A stretch of 64,000 bases of DNA from Bigelowiella natans CCMP2755 (Eukaryota; Protista; Cercozoa): contig ADNK01001577.1 of assembly GCA_000320545.1 (NCBI GenBank), positions 29,939 through 93,938 of the forward strand. The letters run 5' to 3'. A model generated the notes under the pieces. The model made no database searches. It saw only the letters and a program-made list of their open reading frames with translations, and was not told the origin of the DNA. The translations under genes were made by a program, and so were the position numbers. Each line of letters begins with the position of its first letter. Within the stretch, counting starts at the first letter, position 1. Positions 30,961 to 43,563 of the stretch are shown one piece after another.

Positions 30961-33032
30961 TCATTTTCTAAGTACTTCCTGTAATTTACCCCAAAATCTT
31001 ACTGGATCGAGTTTTACGACTACGAACCTCAAGTGCTTATGCCAGGTTTTCTTCCACGCTTCCTGGTCAGATTTTGACACGTCTTTGTAAACGAAATTCA
31101 CACGGAATGTATGATGATGCTTCTCCAAAGTGTAGTAGTAAATCGTGACAACTTTCGTATACACAAGAACCTCGTCTTTGTGTTTGACTTTAAAGTCGTG
31201 AACATTTCCTTTAGCCATCTGATGCAGCACCTCAGCACTTGAAGCACCATCTATGTTTGTGTAGTTCGGAGGGCAAATGACCAGCGTGCTCGAATCCTTC
31301 AATTCGCGGATTTCCTCCAAGCACTTATTCTTTTCTTCCTTACTATTTTCGCGATGGTGAATCACTCGTTTGTGTCGACTAAATGAGACAGTGGTAGTCT
31401 TGCCTTTCAATTCTTCTGGTAAATGTGAGCCGACATGTCGGCCTTCAAAATTTCCCCCATTCTTTATGAGGTGAAACCACCTTCTTTCTGCCTCTAAACC
31501 AGACATACTTTCACTCTGCTTAGACTGTTCCCCGGCAAGCGCCCCTACCACTCTGGATTCTACATAAGGGCTCAGGAAATCCAGGACAAAATCCGAACTA
31601 GTGTGCGAACCGTCTTCAAGAATGGGGCGGATGCAGAACACGGAACTTGGTAAAGCGACATCCCTAGGTTGTATCATCTCCACGTTTTCGCCAATCTTGC
31701 CCTAAAACTTTCGCAACATGTGGTCTTGGGAGTCTTGAAACTTCTTGAACTTTTGCTCGTCCACAATGTGCCGCAATATCCCCCCGGCTATCTCGGATCG
31801 GCTTTTTAAGTCCTCGACAGTACAGTTTCCATCCGCCCCGCCACTCTCATTGTTTCCCGCAGAAATATCGTTGAATTCATCTTCTTGGATGACATCCGCA
31901 TACAAGGTGAGATCCCGCTTCTTCGTTCCGGCCTTAAGGAGTTTCTCGAATTGCTTCCACTCCTTATTGGGCGAGCTTGCCACTACCACAAAGGCTTTTG
32001 TGACGTTGACATTTAGGTGCCCGAATCCGTTCTCGGGATCGACGACAAGGTGTGTCGATTTAGAGTCAAATGCTTCCCAATCAGGATGTTCTGTCCATCC
32101 CTCGTCAAGAACTTTCAGTTTTTTGCAATAGACCCTTCCGCTTTGAACTTCCAGAAGGTATAAACATTTCTCTGGCACGGAATAGAACGCAACCTTCTCG
32201 TCATTTTCAAGCGCCACCTTGATGTACATTAGCAAAAAGGCCACACTCTTGGCTATACCACTTTGCCCAGAGAGTATACAGCAATCAATGCTCGACTTTC
32301 CCTCACGGTAAAGTTGATAACGTTCTCGAAATCTGCGTACTGCTTCTGAAAATGCCTTGCGGTAGAAAAGAAGGGTGCTTGGACCCCCGAATCCAACTAG
32401 CACGATGCCCAGGTACGAGGATGTTCTTCGTTATGCGCACAAGCTGCATTGCAGTCCCTTCTGTGAACGGAGTGTCTCTCAAAGCTTGGAAAAATTCTTC
32501 GACATCCGTGTCAATCTTGAATCGTTTGCCTGTGTATCCACGTAAAGCGGGACTATCAAACGATACTTAGAGAGGATGAGTCTAGTCACCTTTTGTTTTG
32601 CTTCCTCGTTCGTAATCCGATATGCTTTTGCGCTTCTCCCCTGAAATCAAATCACAATAAAAATTAGAACAATAGATTATTTGCACAGAGACATTGGGCA
32701 TCACCCCCCCCTCCGCTTTCCTCAAATTCCATGGCTGAACACACACGCAAAAATATCTCAGCACACCGATTGTTCCTCAGATGTTGACAAAATTCATAAC
32801 CTTGGGTTGCCTTTTCATATTTCTTTGTTATTTCCTCCAGCTTTGCCTTCTCCGCCTGGATTTCCTCGTCCAATTTACCAATAGCACCCTTGAGCGCCTC
32901 TTCTTTCTCCTTATTCTTCTCCTTTGCCCAAGCGATGCTCAAAGCTTTTCTTTCTTCCCTCAGTTCCAAGATTTCCTTCTTTGTAAGTTGGATCTGAATT
33001 CCCCATACCTCAGAACGCTGAGAACACATCAA
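30961..33032 (-). pseudogene. Crinkler/RHS-type P-loop NTPase plus REase-like protein, disrupted
   Basis: CILSGQSGIAKSVAFLLMY (degenerate Walker A), HLVVDP, VVVASSPN, IAGGILRHIV, then CPPNYTNIDGA..VLHQMAKG. In-frame TAG at 31702 splits ORFs 31702-32403 and 30961-31683. N-terminal coiled-coil exon ~32790-33032. Confidence 0.72.
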
Positions 33033-33319
33033 AGCTGCTTAAGCTCCCGAACGCAGGCCTCGTAGGATAAGTACCTGCATCGTATTGCTTCCTTTCCGAG
33101 GAAGGTCCACCCCGCTTCTTCATCGACTCTAATGAGTCTCGTCTGTGAAGATCTTCACGTCTCCCAGCTGCGAATCCCAGGAGAGAGCATTATTGTCCGT
33201 TAGTGCCCGTTAGTGTCGGTTAGTATCCGAAGATTAGGGACTCCCATTTATGAGAGTCTCCGGTGAAGAACTGACACGTGTGGCAATATCATTTATCATT
33301 TTCCCGGGCACACGATGCC

Positions 33320-35020
33320 TCAAAGCTCCAGTCCAGTGATGGTGTCTTCGTACCCAGGTTTTACCCATTGATCCTCAAAGCCATCTTCAAATTCAATGTC
33401 CTGAGGAGTGTATTCACCAAATGCTGGGTAGGTCTGTTGATTATTTCGACTAAGATTGCAATCCACACAAGTTAATCTACAGTTGTTCCAGAGATGGGGT
33501 AGATTATTATCAATTCTATCCACAGAAACATCATCAGCAGTAAACTTACATTTACACAGGGGACAAAAAGGATATTTACCAGCAATTCTACTTACCCATT
33601 TATCATCAATATATTCTTCATCTTTCCAAGTTCTACCAGCTCTTTTATCTTGGGATTTATATGAAGATACTTTCATTCGTAGTTTTTGGGTAATCATACT
33701 TTCCTTTAATCTGTAGCATTCTTTATAGCTGTGCTGATATATTTGTATCTGTGAAAGGTCAGTTGAACGAGTTATAGCAGTCCAGAGCCACTTGCGATTA
33801 ATTCTACAGGTGTTAGCATCAATACGGTGATCGGGCCATCTACTGATAATCCTTGAAAACTATGACAGGTAGAGGCATATGATAATCTAAAATGCATACT
33901 AATTAATTCTATAGGAATTCTTATTTCTTCCATATCACATACATCTTGTATTACAATTTCTTTTTTGTTTACTTTGATAATTTCATAAGTGTAGTTCACA
34001 TATAGTTTTGGTTTCTTGTTATACTTTTTACATACAATCTCCATACCAGCATAGTAGCAAATACCATCTACATAAACTCTTTTTCTCGGTTTCTTTTGTA
34101 GGCTATGGATGTGCTTACCTACTGAACGGGATCTAAAGTTGTAGAAGGTAATATTGTTAAGTGTCTTTACTTTTTCCATACTTTTCACAATTTAAAATGT
34201 TTTTTTAATGCATCAAATGGTTTAGTTTTTACATCAAACATTTCTTGTTTTAATTGTGCGAGAGCATTTCTTTCCTCATTTGTTTTTACTCTCTTACACA
34301 TTTTGAGAGTCATGACATTAGGAAACATGGCATTCATAGCTTCAGTTGTTCCAACATCAAGGTCTTTGATGTCATCAAACAGATGTTTGTTTTCAATCGG
34401 ATCTAACTGACAAAGATCACCAGTAGCAACAAATTTTTTATCAGTGTGCTCATCCATGAACAACTCAATTTTTGACAGTTGATGTAGTGAATGCATGTGA
34501 ATCTCATCAAAGCAAACAACATCACATGGTGAAATGTCAAATTTTCCAATGCATTCACATTCGTTGTCATGAATGTTGAGACCAAATGATCTGTGATGAG
34601 TGATGGCATCGTGATCGCTGTTTTCTTTTGTGCTCTGACATGAGTTGTTGAATGGTGCTACGAACAGTGTTTTCTTTCCTTTGCATGTTTCAACTGAATG
34701 ACTCTCACCACTGCCAGGTGGTGAGGCATTCACAAGCATTCCATCATGCTCATCAAATGCATTTGTGATTTCTTCTGCATTTGTGATTTCTTCTGTATTC
34801 CATTCATTCATGATGTCAATCACATCAATGTCAATTGTTTTGGGTTCTGCCAGTCTAGCAGTTCATTTTCCAAAGGAACAAAGTGTTGACCCACAACTTT
34901 GGTTTTTTCTTCCAATTTCACACAACCGACATTTGCATTGAAATCAAAGTGAGGTTTGATCTCATCAACTTCATCTATTGCAACAATGCAATCAGTTTCA
35001 ATGGCTACACAGCACATTGT
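33320..35020 (-). pseudogene. Fragment of a virus/Polinton-like replicase: PolB-like (K)TDC end, SF1B (RecD/Pif1-like) helicase, HNH/Zn-finger endonuclease; three frameshifts
   Basis: VAIETDCIV; PGSGESH (motif I); VVCFDEI (II); ATGDLCQLDP (III); SYASTCHSFQGLS (V); KWLWTAITR (VI, shifted frame); CPLC..VSVDRIDNNLPHLWNNCRLTCVDCN. AT-rich and intronless. Confidence 0.8.
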
Positions 35021-35384
35021 TGCAAAAGCATGCTAGCCATGCCAGCATGCAATGCCAGAATGATCGACATTGCTGCAGCACGCTGCCACTTGTCACTTGC
35101 TAGCTTGTCCTCACCATTCATTTTTGTTTCATGTCATGATGTAAACGTCCAAAGGCTCACACCTAGCTCTAGAGCTAGCTAGTAGGTGCTGTTACATGTC
35201 TGCAACAATGAGACACATCCCGGTGTGCGCATGTCGCATGCAATAACGCGTGGCGCTGCGATGGTTTCAGCTCATCTAGTCATCAGTGAACTCATTTTGT
35301 GTGTTGATTCGAAATACAGGCCAACCAGCGTGTGCAATGTGTGGCCATCCGCGCATGGCATTGTCACTGTTGGCCATTGTGCTT

Positions 35385-35729
35385 TCATTCGGAACACACA
35401 ACGATAGTGTCGCCAGATGCTATTGGATATTGTCGCAAAGGTAATGATTCCCCATCAAGAACCATCGTGTGCCCATCCTGCAAAAAGGAACATCAGAAAT
35501 ACAACCAACGTAGAATGGTAAGAGACTGCTGCACGAACTCAGCACTCATGCCCTTCGTTTCAACGAAAAGGGGTCAGTAGACACACACTACAACAGAAAT
35601 CAATATACCCCATAAATATCATCAGTAATTGCAGTAGTGCTTTTCATTTTTATTTCCTCCGATATATTGGCTTCTTATTTCTAGCAGACGAGTCTACACA
35701 CTTGTGTGCGCCCCGCTGGTTTGTGTGTA

Positions 35730-35767
<38 letters not shown>

Positions 35768-36924
35768 ATATATTACGAATATTATTTTTTAGGGAAGGGC
35801 CCTCATACCTCTTTGGAAGTGAGTCGCAACGTTATATCCGCCCGTTTGTCGAGGCGAAACAACCGTCGCGACAACAGCTTCAGCTTCGAAACCTATCATA
35901 GTTGTGCGTTTTGGTCTCTAGCGGGCTTTAGACAAACAATGCCACTCATGTAGTGAATGGGGGCTATCAGATGAAAATAACGATCTCTATGTTAAAACAA
36001 TAACTCTTTTTTTTTTTAAAAAAAGGAAAATATTCGTTCTCTATCCCCCCCTTCTGCCCTCTATCCTCTCGATGTCTGTATGTGTGTGTCTGTATGTGTG
36101 TGTGTGTGTGTGCGAATATGTGTGTGTATGTGTGTGCGTTTGAGAGCCATATTTAAAACATAACAGTTTGTGTGTGCTTCATCATCGTCGTCATTATGGC
36201 TAGAAACACGTTTACCTGCATAGTTCCAGGAAGTTTTTTTTCCTTCGATTTCTTTGTTTCATCGCATTGCAATGTGATTTTCATTAGCTTTGAAGAGAGC
36301 TATTGATTGGGAAGGAGGGGGGGGGAGGGGTGAAGGAGAGGGGGCGAAAACTTTAGTTTCAAGGCCATGCATACACATATGTTCTACTCTCGTGTGTGTG
36401 TGTGTTTGTGCGTGCGTGTGTGTGTGTGTGTGTGTGCGCTTGCTTTTATGAAACTTGACCATGTACACGCAAGACTAATTATCAATGAAACAACCAATTG
36501 AGATATCCCCAACCGCCTCCCCCCCCCCTTCCCCTCCCCTCTCCCGAACTAGCTGCAGATATTCCGACCTTGGCAGCTTTTTGTGCATGAGCGCTACTAG
36601 CATTGACCACGCCATGGCGTTCTAGATATTCCTCGTAATACCTTTGCGTATGAGAGCTCTCGTGAGCATGTATAGCGGTCTTATGCTCGATGGCGGAGAA
36701 CCAACAGCAAGGGACATCGCCATCATCATCATTTACCATGTATCTCAAAAAAGATGTAGACGTGAAAGTACAGCTGCGCGAAAGGTGAAGGCCACGTCGT
36801 CGCGGCAAAGCGCTGCTTTGGAGGTGGGATGTGTGCAAACTTACGGTATTTGCTTCAGGAAGGCGGCCCCTTTCGATTCCAAATATGTAGATCTACACCT
36901 GTTGTGATTCAGTCATTGATTATA

Positions 36925-37008
<84 letters not shown>

Positions 37009-37130
37009 TCTCTCTTATAGATTCTAAAGGAGGATTCCTGTGGAAAAGACCCAAACACAACAACAAACTTAGATGTACGTCATTCTCCTCAATGCGGTCG
37101 AGGGTTGACGGCTACGAAACAGGAAGTTCT

Positions 37131-37180
<50 letters not shown>

Positions 37181-37760
37181 AAGGTGTGTAGGTGTATGTG
37201 TATACAAACAATATTCATCATAATAACATTTCGCAGCGCTGGCGTCCGTTGATATCAATAATAACATTTCCAAAGCGCCGCTGGTGTCTCTAGACAAGAC
37301 CTGATTATTCTCAAATGCTTCAACTGCGGAGCTATGCGCCGGATGATCGAGGCAGCTCTTACTGCAGGCCTCGGCCCGGAAATCTCATATGTTTTCCCGA
37401 CTAAATTGTCTTGGAGCTGTAACGTTGTAAGAGATGGGAGAACAAGGGTATTGGAAGACGGGGTAGGAGGAGGGGGGGGGGAAGGAGTGCTGCCCCCTCC
37501 CCCCTTGCACTCTTCTAGAGCCGTGATCTTGTTGCTGCCCAGCATCAGGGTTGAGAGACTGTGTATGGTGAAAGTGAGACTTATACATATATGGGTTGTT
37601 GTTTGTCATTGAGATTGTTATTTCTTAGTGTTTGCGAGGGTATCAACCTTTTATATTGAGCAAGCGTCATTTCATCATTTTATGTATTAGAAACCTCGAT
37701 TGCCCCTTACTACCACTACTTTTTACTACACGTCTACTATTACTTCTATTATCACTACAC

Positions 37761-37792
<32 letters not shown>

Positions 37793-38623
37793 GTTCTCTC
37801 GTCGTGTGGATTAAAACTATCACTTGGGTAAGTATTTCAGTGGCCGAGCCGCTCCTTCCAACGACACAAAGCTGTTGTACTCGAGGTTAAGCTAAAACAC
37901 ATATGCACGAAGGCAGTCAGCTTCCTCCTCTTTCCTTGTCGGTCTCCCGCTTTAGAAGTAACATCTACACGGTTCCCAATGCATGTTTGTATGAATCCAT
38001 CTCGGCTCTCGAGTCGTCGCAACGCGCATTCTCACTGCCATCACACTAACCAACCAGATGCAGCTTCGGGAGAGCGTCCTTGGCGGAGAACAGCTCCTTG
38101 GGCAAAGAGGAGAGCTGAGGGGCAGTAGGAAAGAATGGGAGGGGGGGGAAGGGAGGGGAAGGAGGGAAGGAGGATGGAGATAAAGCTACGTGTTACTGTT
38201 TCACCTTTTCTTCTCCTTTTCCTTCTTCTTTTGGTACTACTATTACTGTTACTTGCAGATTCCATCGCTACAACTGCCAACTTAGAAAAAGCTTAGAACC
38301 CCTCCCTCCTCACCACCCACTAGTAAACAGGGCAATGCAGCTTCCTACCCCTCCCTTCGGATGGTGTGTATGCTGATTTCGTGCATACTACTACGCACAG
38401 TCGCAATATCTTATGGCATCGCGTCATCACTGACATCGTTCTTGCACATGTGAAGTTCCTCGAGGCTTGTCAGCAGACCAAAGCGAACACCCAATGCTAT
38501 TGAACGACAAGGCAAACAAGCACATTGGCAATACAAAGGACCATCAGTTTCAACCCGATATACACTACGCTCACACACTCAATCACACGCATTATAATAA
38601 CTGTTGCGCACCCTCACACATGT

Positions 38624-38678
<55 letters not shown>

Positions 38679-39654
38679 ATATTTATTATCTAGTATGCGG
38701 TTATTGCTCGGGCCTACCCGTGACCGCCTCACAGGAGTACGGAAATCTATTGAGCACCAAGATCTGCACAGGTGTCATCGGCTTAAAAACGCACGCGTGG
38801 AGATGCATTTTAACCATATAAACAACAGAGCATTGCATAACATTTCACTTTCCTACCTTAAGGTTGGAGAGCGGCTTCGGCGAGTCGTTATTCCCACCGG
38901 AAAACATCGATGAAATCTCTTCCAACGCAGGGGACTTTGGCGGCAGCGACAGGAGATTCGGGAGGTTATTCTCACCCATTCGGAGCTCCTCTAACGTTGG
39001 TAGGCCGCAGCATATCACGGCAATCTCTTTCCACGATCGAAGTAGGTTGTTTTCCAAGCTGAGGCTCTTAATACCAACGAGCTCTGAATATGATGATAAG
39101 TTTTTCTTATATTCGGAGTCTACGGAGACTCCCCCCCTCCGACAAACTTATCCCCCCCCTCCCCCTTACAGTTGCGCTGGCCCTCGTCATGAGATTTAGA
39201 GGCGTTGTTATCATAAGGTAAGAGCTGCTTATTTCCCTTAAATTTGCCCACACCTTTGAGCTCTTGGGAAGGGCCTGCACGAGAGATACGCATGCTATCC
39301 ACTCCAACCTGAGGAAGAACATTATTCGCTTCATATATCTGCGTCAATGATTTATGCGTAGAATGTATATCCACCAACTTCTCTATTGCTTCCTGTCGCT
39401 CTGTTACGTTGCGATCATGGTGACTCCTCCCCTCCTCCGCCTCACCCCCCCCTCCCCCATCAATTTCTCGATTATTTTCGTCTTAAAGTCGCTCACGTGG
39501 TCCAGGCTCCGATACTGCTTCAGCCTGCTACGTATCTTCTCCTGTGGAATAGTAGCGAAGAGAGGATAATGAATCGTGGAGAAACCTATCCAATTATCTA
39601 GACCAAGGGAAAAGGTACTAATGTAGTGTACACGGAAAGAAATCCCTTTTTCTC

Positions 39655-39691
<37 letters not shown>

Positions 39692-40737
39692 ATGTGATTT
39701 GCAAAACTCGCGATGATGAGGTGCCCGACCTCCCCAACGAGTTTGAAATGGACGCTACTACTATTTCCCTCGGAGCTCATTGGAGGATCATCTTTCTTCC
39801 GCGCTGCTTCTGCAGAGCCCTCCCCTTCGCTTTTCCTTCCTCCCAAGCTTTGTTGTGTGGTTGTGGGCGGGGAGGCTGACGCGGACATCGCTTCGCGTTT
39901 GGCCTCATTTCGGCGTCTAAAGGCGGCTATTCTTGCCTCATCTGGATCGCATTTGCCACCGTATTGTATCTCCACAGCTTCGAAGAGGGTCATGCCCACC
40001 AACGCCTACTCAGCGTGGAATGAGTGCGAGTGAGAGGCCCAACACAGGGGAAGGGAAGGGGGGGTGGGGGGGAAGGGAGCGGGACGGGAGAAGTAGAGAG
40101 GCAGATGCATTTGCAATTTTTCCAAAACCGCCGAAAGGAGCGTAGTGCAGTGGCCGCGCTACCTATCTCTCTAGGGAACACATGGCAGAGCAACAAGCAC
40201 ATACGTACCCGTTTTGGATGAATGCAAGATCCGAAGCCAGGGGGGCAGGTGAAGTAGCGATTGCCTTTCACTGTACCGTCATGGCCTCTGATATGCCACA
40301 CATAATAGACGCCGGCAGACCCAATAGACCGTTGCCAAATGTAATCAATGGAGAACAACTATCGTCTTCACGATCAGTACAAGGGTGGGGGGGAGATGTC
40401 ACCCGAAATATATCACCGTTTAGCAGCGAATATTACCTTTCGCGCTTCAGATCCCATTCAACACCAACGTAGAAAGGGTTCTTGGCGCCGCGGATTGGGC
40501 CAACATACCGAATAGTACCCTGACATACATAAACGATGACCTGTAAGCTCAGACCGTCCGTTTTCTTACAGCGAAGCTTCCTCATCACCCATGATTTACA
40601 ACTGCTTGTGCGAGCAGACTCTACATTTGGCACTGTATAGTAGTCCCACGTTACACCTTTTCGCCGTCTGGGCTATCAAGTTGAATCCTGACACCCGCTT
40701 TTAGCGAGGGGGGAGGAGATGCTGAGCCGGAGGCCAT
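35385..40737 (-). CDS. TBCE: Tubulin-folding cofactor E (CAP-Gly, LRR, ubiquitin-like)
   Basis: GTIRYVGPI..YVGVEWD..RGHDGTVKGNRYFTC (CAP-Gly); LENNLLRSWKEIAVICCGLPTLEELRMGENNL (LRR); VSKLKLLSRRLFRL and last exon LDGESLPLRQYPIASGDTIVVCSE-stop (UBL). Confidence 0.88.
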
Positions 40738-41143
40738 GTCGGACACCGCCCGTTGTCCGTGTTCTCCGTGCTTTGTAATTTAGAAAAAATATCATCCACC
40801 AAATATCCTAATATCACCTTATATATAAAAAGGACTGCTCCGGACCAACAGTTGTCCGGAACACTTCCGAAGTTTTGGTTCTTAAGGAAAACTAGTGAAA
40901 TTGGAGATAATTTTGTTGTCGCAGATTTAAAACGAAGGCGATTACCGTAGTAAATTGCGCGGGAAGGCCCTTCCACGAAAGGCATGCACAATGGATTCGA
41001 CCTCGCCGTCCCCTCCCATCGTCGAACAAAAACAGGGTATATGTTGATGGGGCGTCAATAATTCACTCTATTCTCTAAATTTCGAACATTTTAACTTAGT
41101 AGGCCAGCACAAGATAGCGGAAGCATCACCATGCTCCAGACAG

Positions 41144-42698
41144 ATGGATTGTGAGGTGAATATGAATGACCATCCGAAGAACAAAAGGTCTCACGATGTC
41201 AAGACTAGCAGTCGCTTGGGGAAATCTTCGTCTACTCATTCATCTTCATCAACGCCCGCTCCATTACATTCGGAAACTGCGTTCGCACTACTTAAAAAGA
41301 CAGTCAAGAAGCCCGTGGCGACGGGATTGGATTTCCTCGATCGAAGGCTTAAAGGGGGGGGTAGGATTAACGCCGACTCGTGACATCTGTTGTGCTATAT
41401 TCGAATGTAATATGCACAATCATCGCTAGGTTTGATGCCAGGCGAGATTTTGGAAATAACCGGGAGAAGCGGAACGTGCAAGACCACCATGCTGTATCAC
41501 GTGGCCCTTCACTCTGCTCTTCCGAGAGAATTCAATGGGGTACATGTGGGGGGGCAGGACCGCTCAGTTTTGTTCGTTGATCTCGACAATAGCTTCAACC
41601 TTCCAAGGTTTTAAGAGAGAAGGCTTATCGGCTCTTTTGCCTCATGAACGCCTCTTACTTTGCATTTTTTCAATTCAATACCTCGACCCGAAGCTTCTGA
41701 TGAGAAAGTCCTTCTGCTGCTATATTCGTGCAGGTTCCGGGAGATACTGGATCACTTAGCCTATTCCGCTCTTAAAAAACACGCTACAGAGCAGCAACTA
41801 GGAAGCCTTCTCCAAGATGACTGTGCATCGGCATTTATCGATGAGTTATTCTCCCTGACGTTGAGTCGCTTAATGCTCGTCCCTTGCGCTACTCCGAAGC
41901 AGCTGTTTAAGGTGTTAAAAGAGACCCACGGGGTAGAGCAAGCGACCATTCAAGCTGCGAAGCTAAATAAACGGTAATGAGCTACTGTGATAATTCGCTG
42001 ACAGCAGCAAGCGCGTTTGACACCAAATCTACCAATAACACGCACTTTTTTGTGTATTGTGCATACACCGAGAGAGCCGTACTCGAAATAAATTTCATAA
42101 CCATGCATATTCTGAATTGCCCTAGACTAAATTAAGTCTTACTCTGTCTCGCATTCTCCTCAGTACTGTGCCGCTGCGGCTACTGATTGTGGACAACATC
42201 TCGGCCTTCCACTGGCAGCACGTGGCTGCTGGCGACAAGAAGTTCTACGACAATCTTGGAGTGCATCTTCGGCTCGCCATGAGAAACAAACACCTCTCCA
42301 CGGTGCTGACCTCAAACTTGCTCATAAAGAAAAATGTAAGGCTGGCCCAGGATCGGCTGGCGTGGGAGGGTCCAGGCTATATTAGAATGGCATCCACGTC
42401 GATAAAGCGGGTGCTGCTGCGATGCGACTACCCCACGCCGCCATTTCCTGTGCCGTCCCATGGCAGTCACTATTCGTCTCAACATCAGCCTCTTAGCTGT
42501 TCTTTAGGGGAAGAGGTGTCAGTGACGATGCTTGTTTGCCGCGATGATGCGGTATACTCCGGGAGGTTTGTTGGGAGGGGGCAATGCGATGCTGGCTGCA
42601 GCAGTAATAGCACTGCCACGAACCTATTTCGATTTTCCGTGTCCGATGCTGGGATAACGGAGATTCAAGAAAAGAACAGTGAGACAGACAATGCCTGA
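41144..42698 (+). CDS. XRCC2: RAD51 paralog XRCC2-like
   Basis: ETAFALL..TGLDFLD; GEILEITGRSGTCKTTML..LP..GVHVGG..VLFVDLD..F; LLIVDNISAFHW (XRCC2-type Walker B context). Head-to-head with TBCE. Confidence 0.85.
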
Positions 42699-43362
42699 TC
42701 CCTGTAGTACACATATGATACTAACCAAACGAGGTAGACATACCCGTTGTGTCATGTATATGTATCAACGTCATATCGATGTCTTCGATGAATTTCTACC
42801 TGCTCCTCACACCAACAACGCACAGCTAGTGATCCAATCTCATTTGTTAGGATTAATTTGAGTTGGGATATATTCTTCATGAATGATCCACACACTTTCG
42901 CGCCGGTCAATGAAGGAGTAAATATGCATCAGTATGTTGTATGTATCGTCCCAGATGAAGCTTCCTTTTTTTAGCACAATGCAACGACAGCCTGCTAGCT
43001 GATAGCGCGCGGAGCCATGCTGCATGCTCTAAGCTACACAGCGCAGAGTCAAATATTTTGTGTACAATATGCGCTTTTTACATGCACTAGTGCAGGCTGA
43101 GCACCTCTAGACCTTTGTGTATTAGCGCATTAGCCCATATGTTTCATATATATGGAGATGTGTGTGTTCGTAGCCCCCAAATGCAAGATGTATTAGCGAG
43201 TAGATTGCATTGCTTGAGACGGATGTAATGAATAAGTTAAAACTGTTCAATTGTCACCCTAACGTGGCTGTGCAAAGGCTTGGTTACCGCGCTTATAAAT
43301 TGTACTTTGCATATGCGAATGGTATTGTACAATGCAGTCTAAAATGCATCGTGATATGTGTA

Positions 43363-43404
<42 letters not shown>

Positions 43405-43563
43405 AGCCGGAAAACACATTGCTGTGGATTAGAACTACACGCAGACCATGTCAGAGGATTTTGACATTTTCTCAGCTTCTATCTTCTTTGCAGAAGCCTT
43501 TTGCAGCTGTTTATAGGAAAATAAATTACAAAGAAAATAATAGCTTTCAGTGAAATTGTTTTC

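Noticed and set aside
18256-31704. Stop-codon reassignment (TAA/TAG read as amino acids) to explain in-frame stops
   Set aside because: Host genes in the window end normally at TAG, TAA and TGA, and one of the loci also carries a frameshift; pseudogenisation is simpler.
33194-33223. Three 10-bp tandem units (TGTCCGTTAG-like) as a telomeric or CRISPR-like array
   Set aside because: Too short, no spacers, and not a telomere motif.
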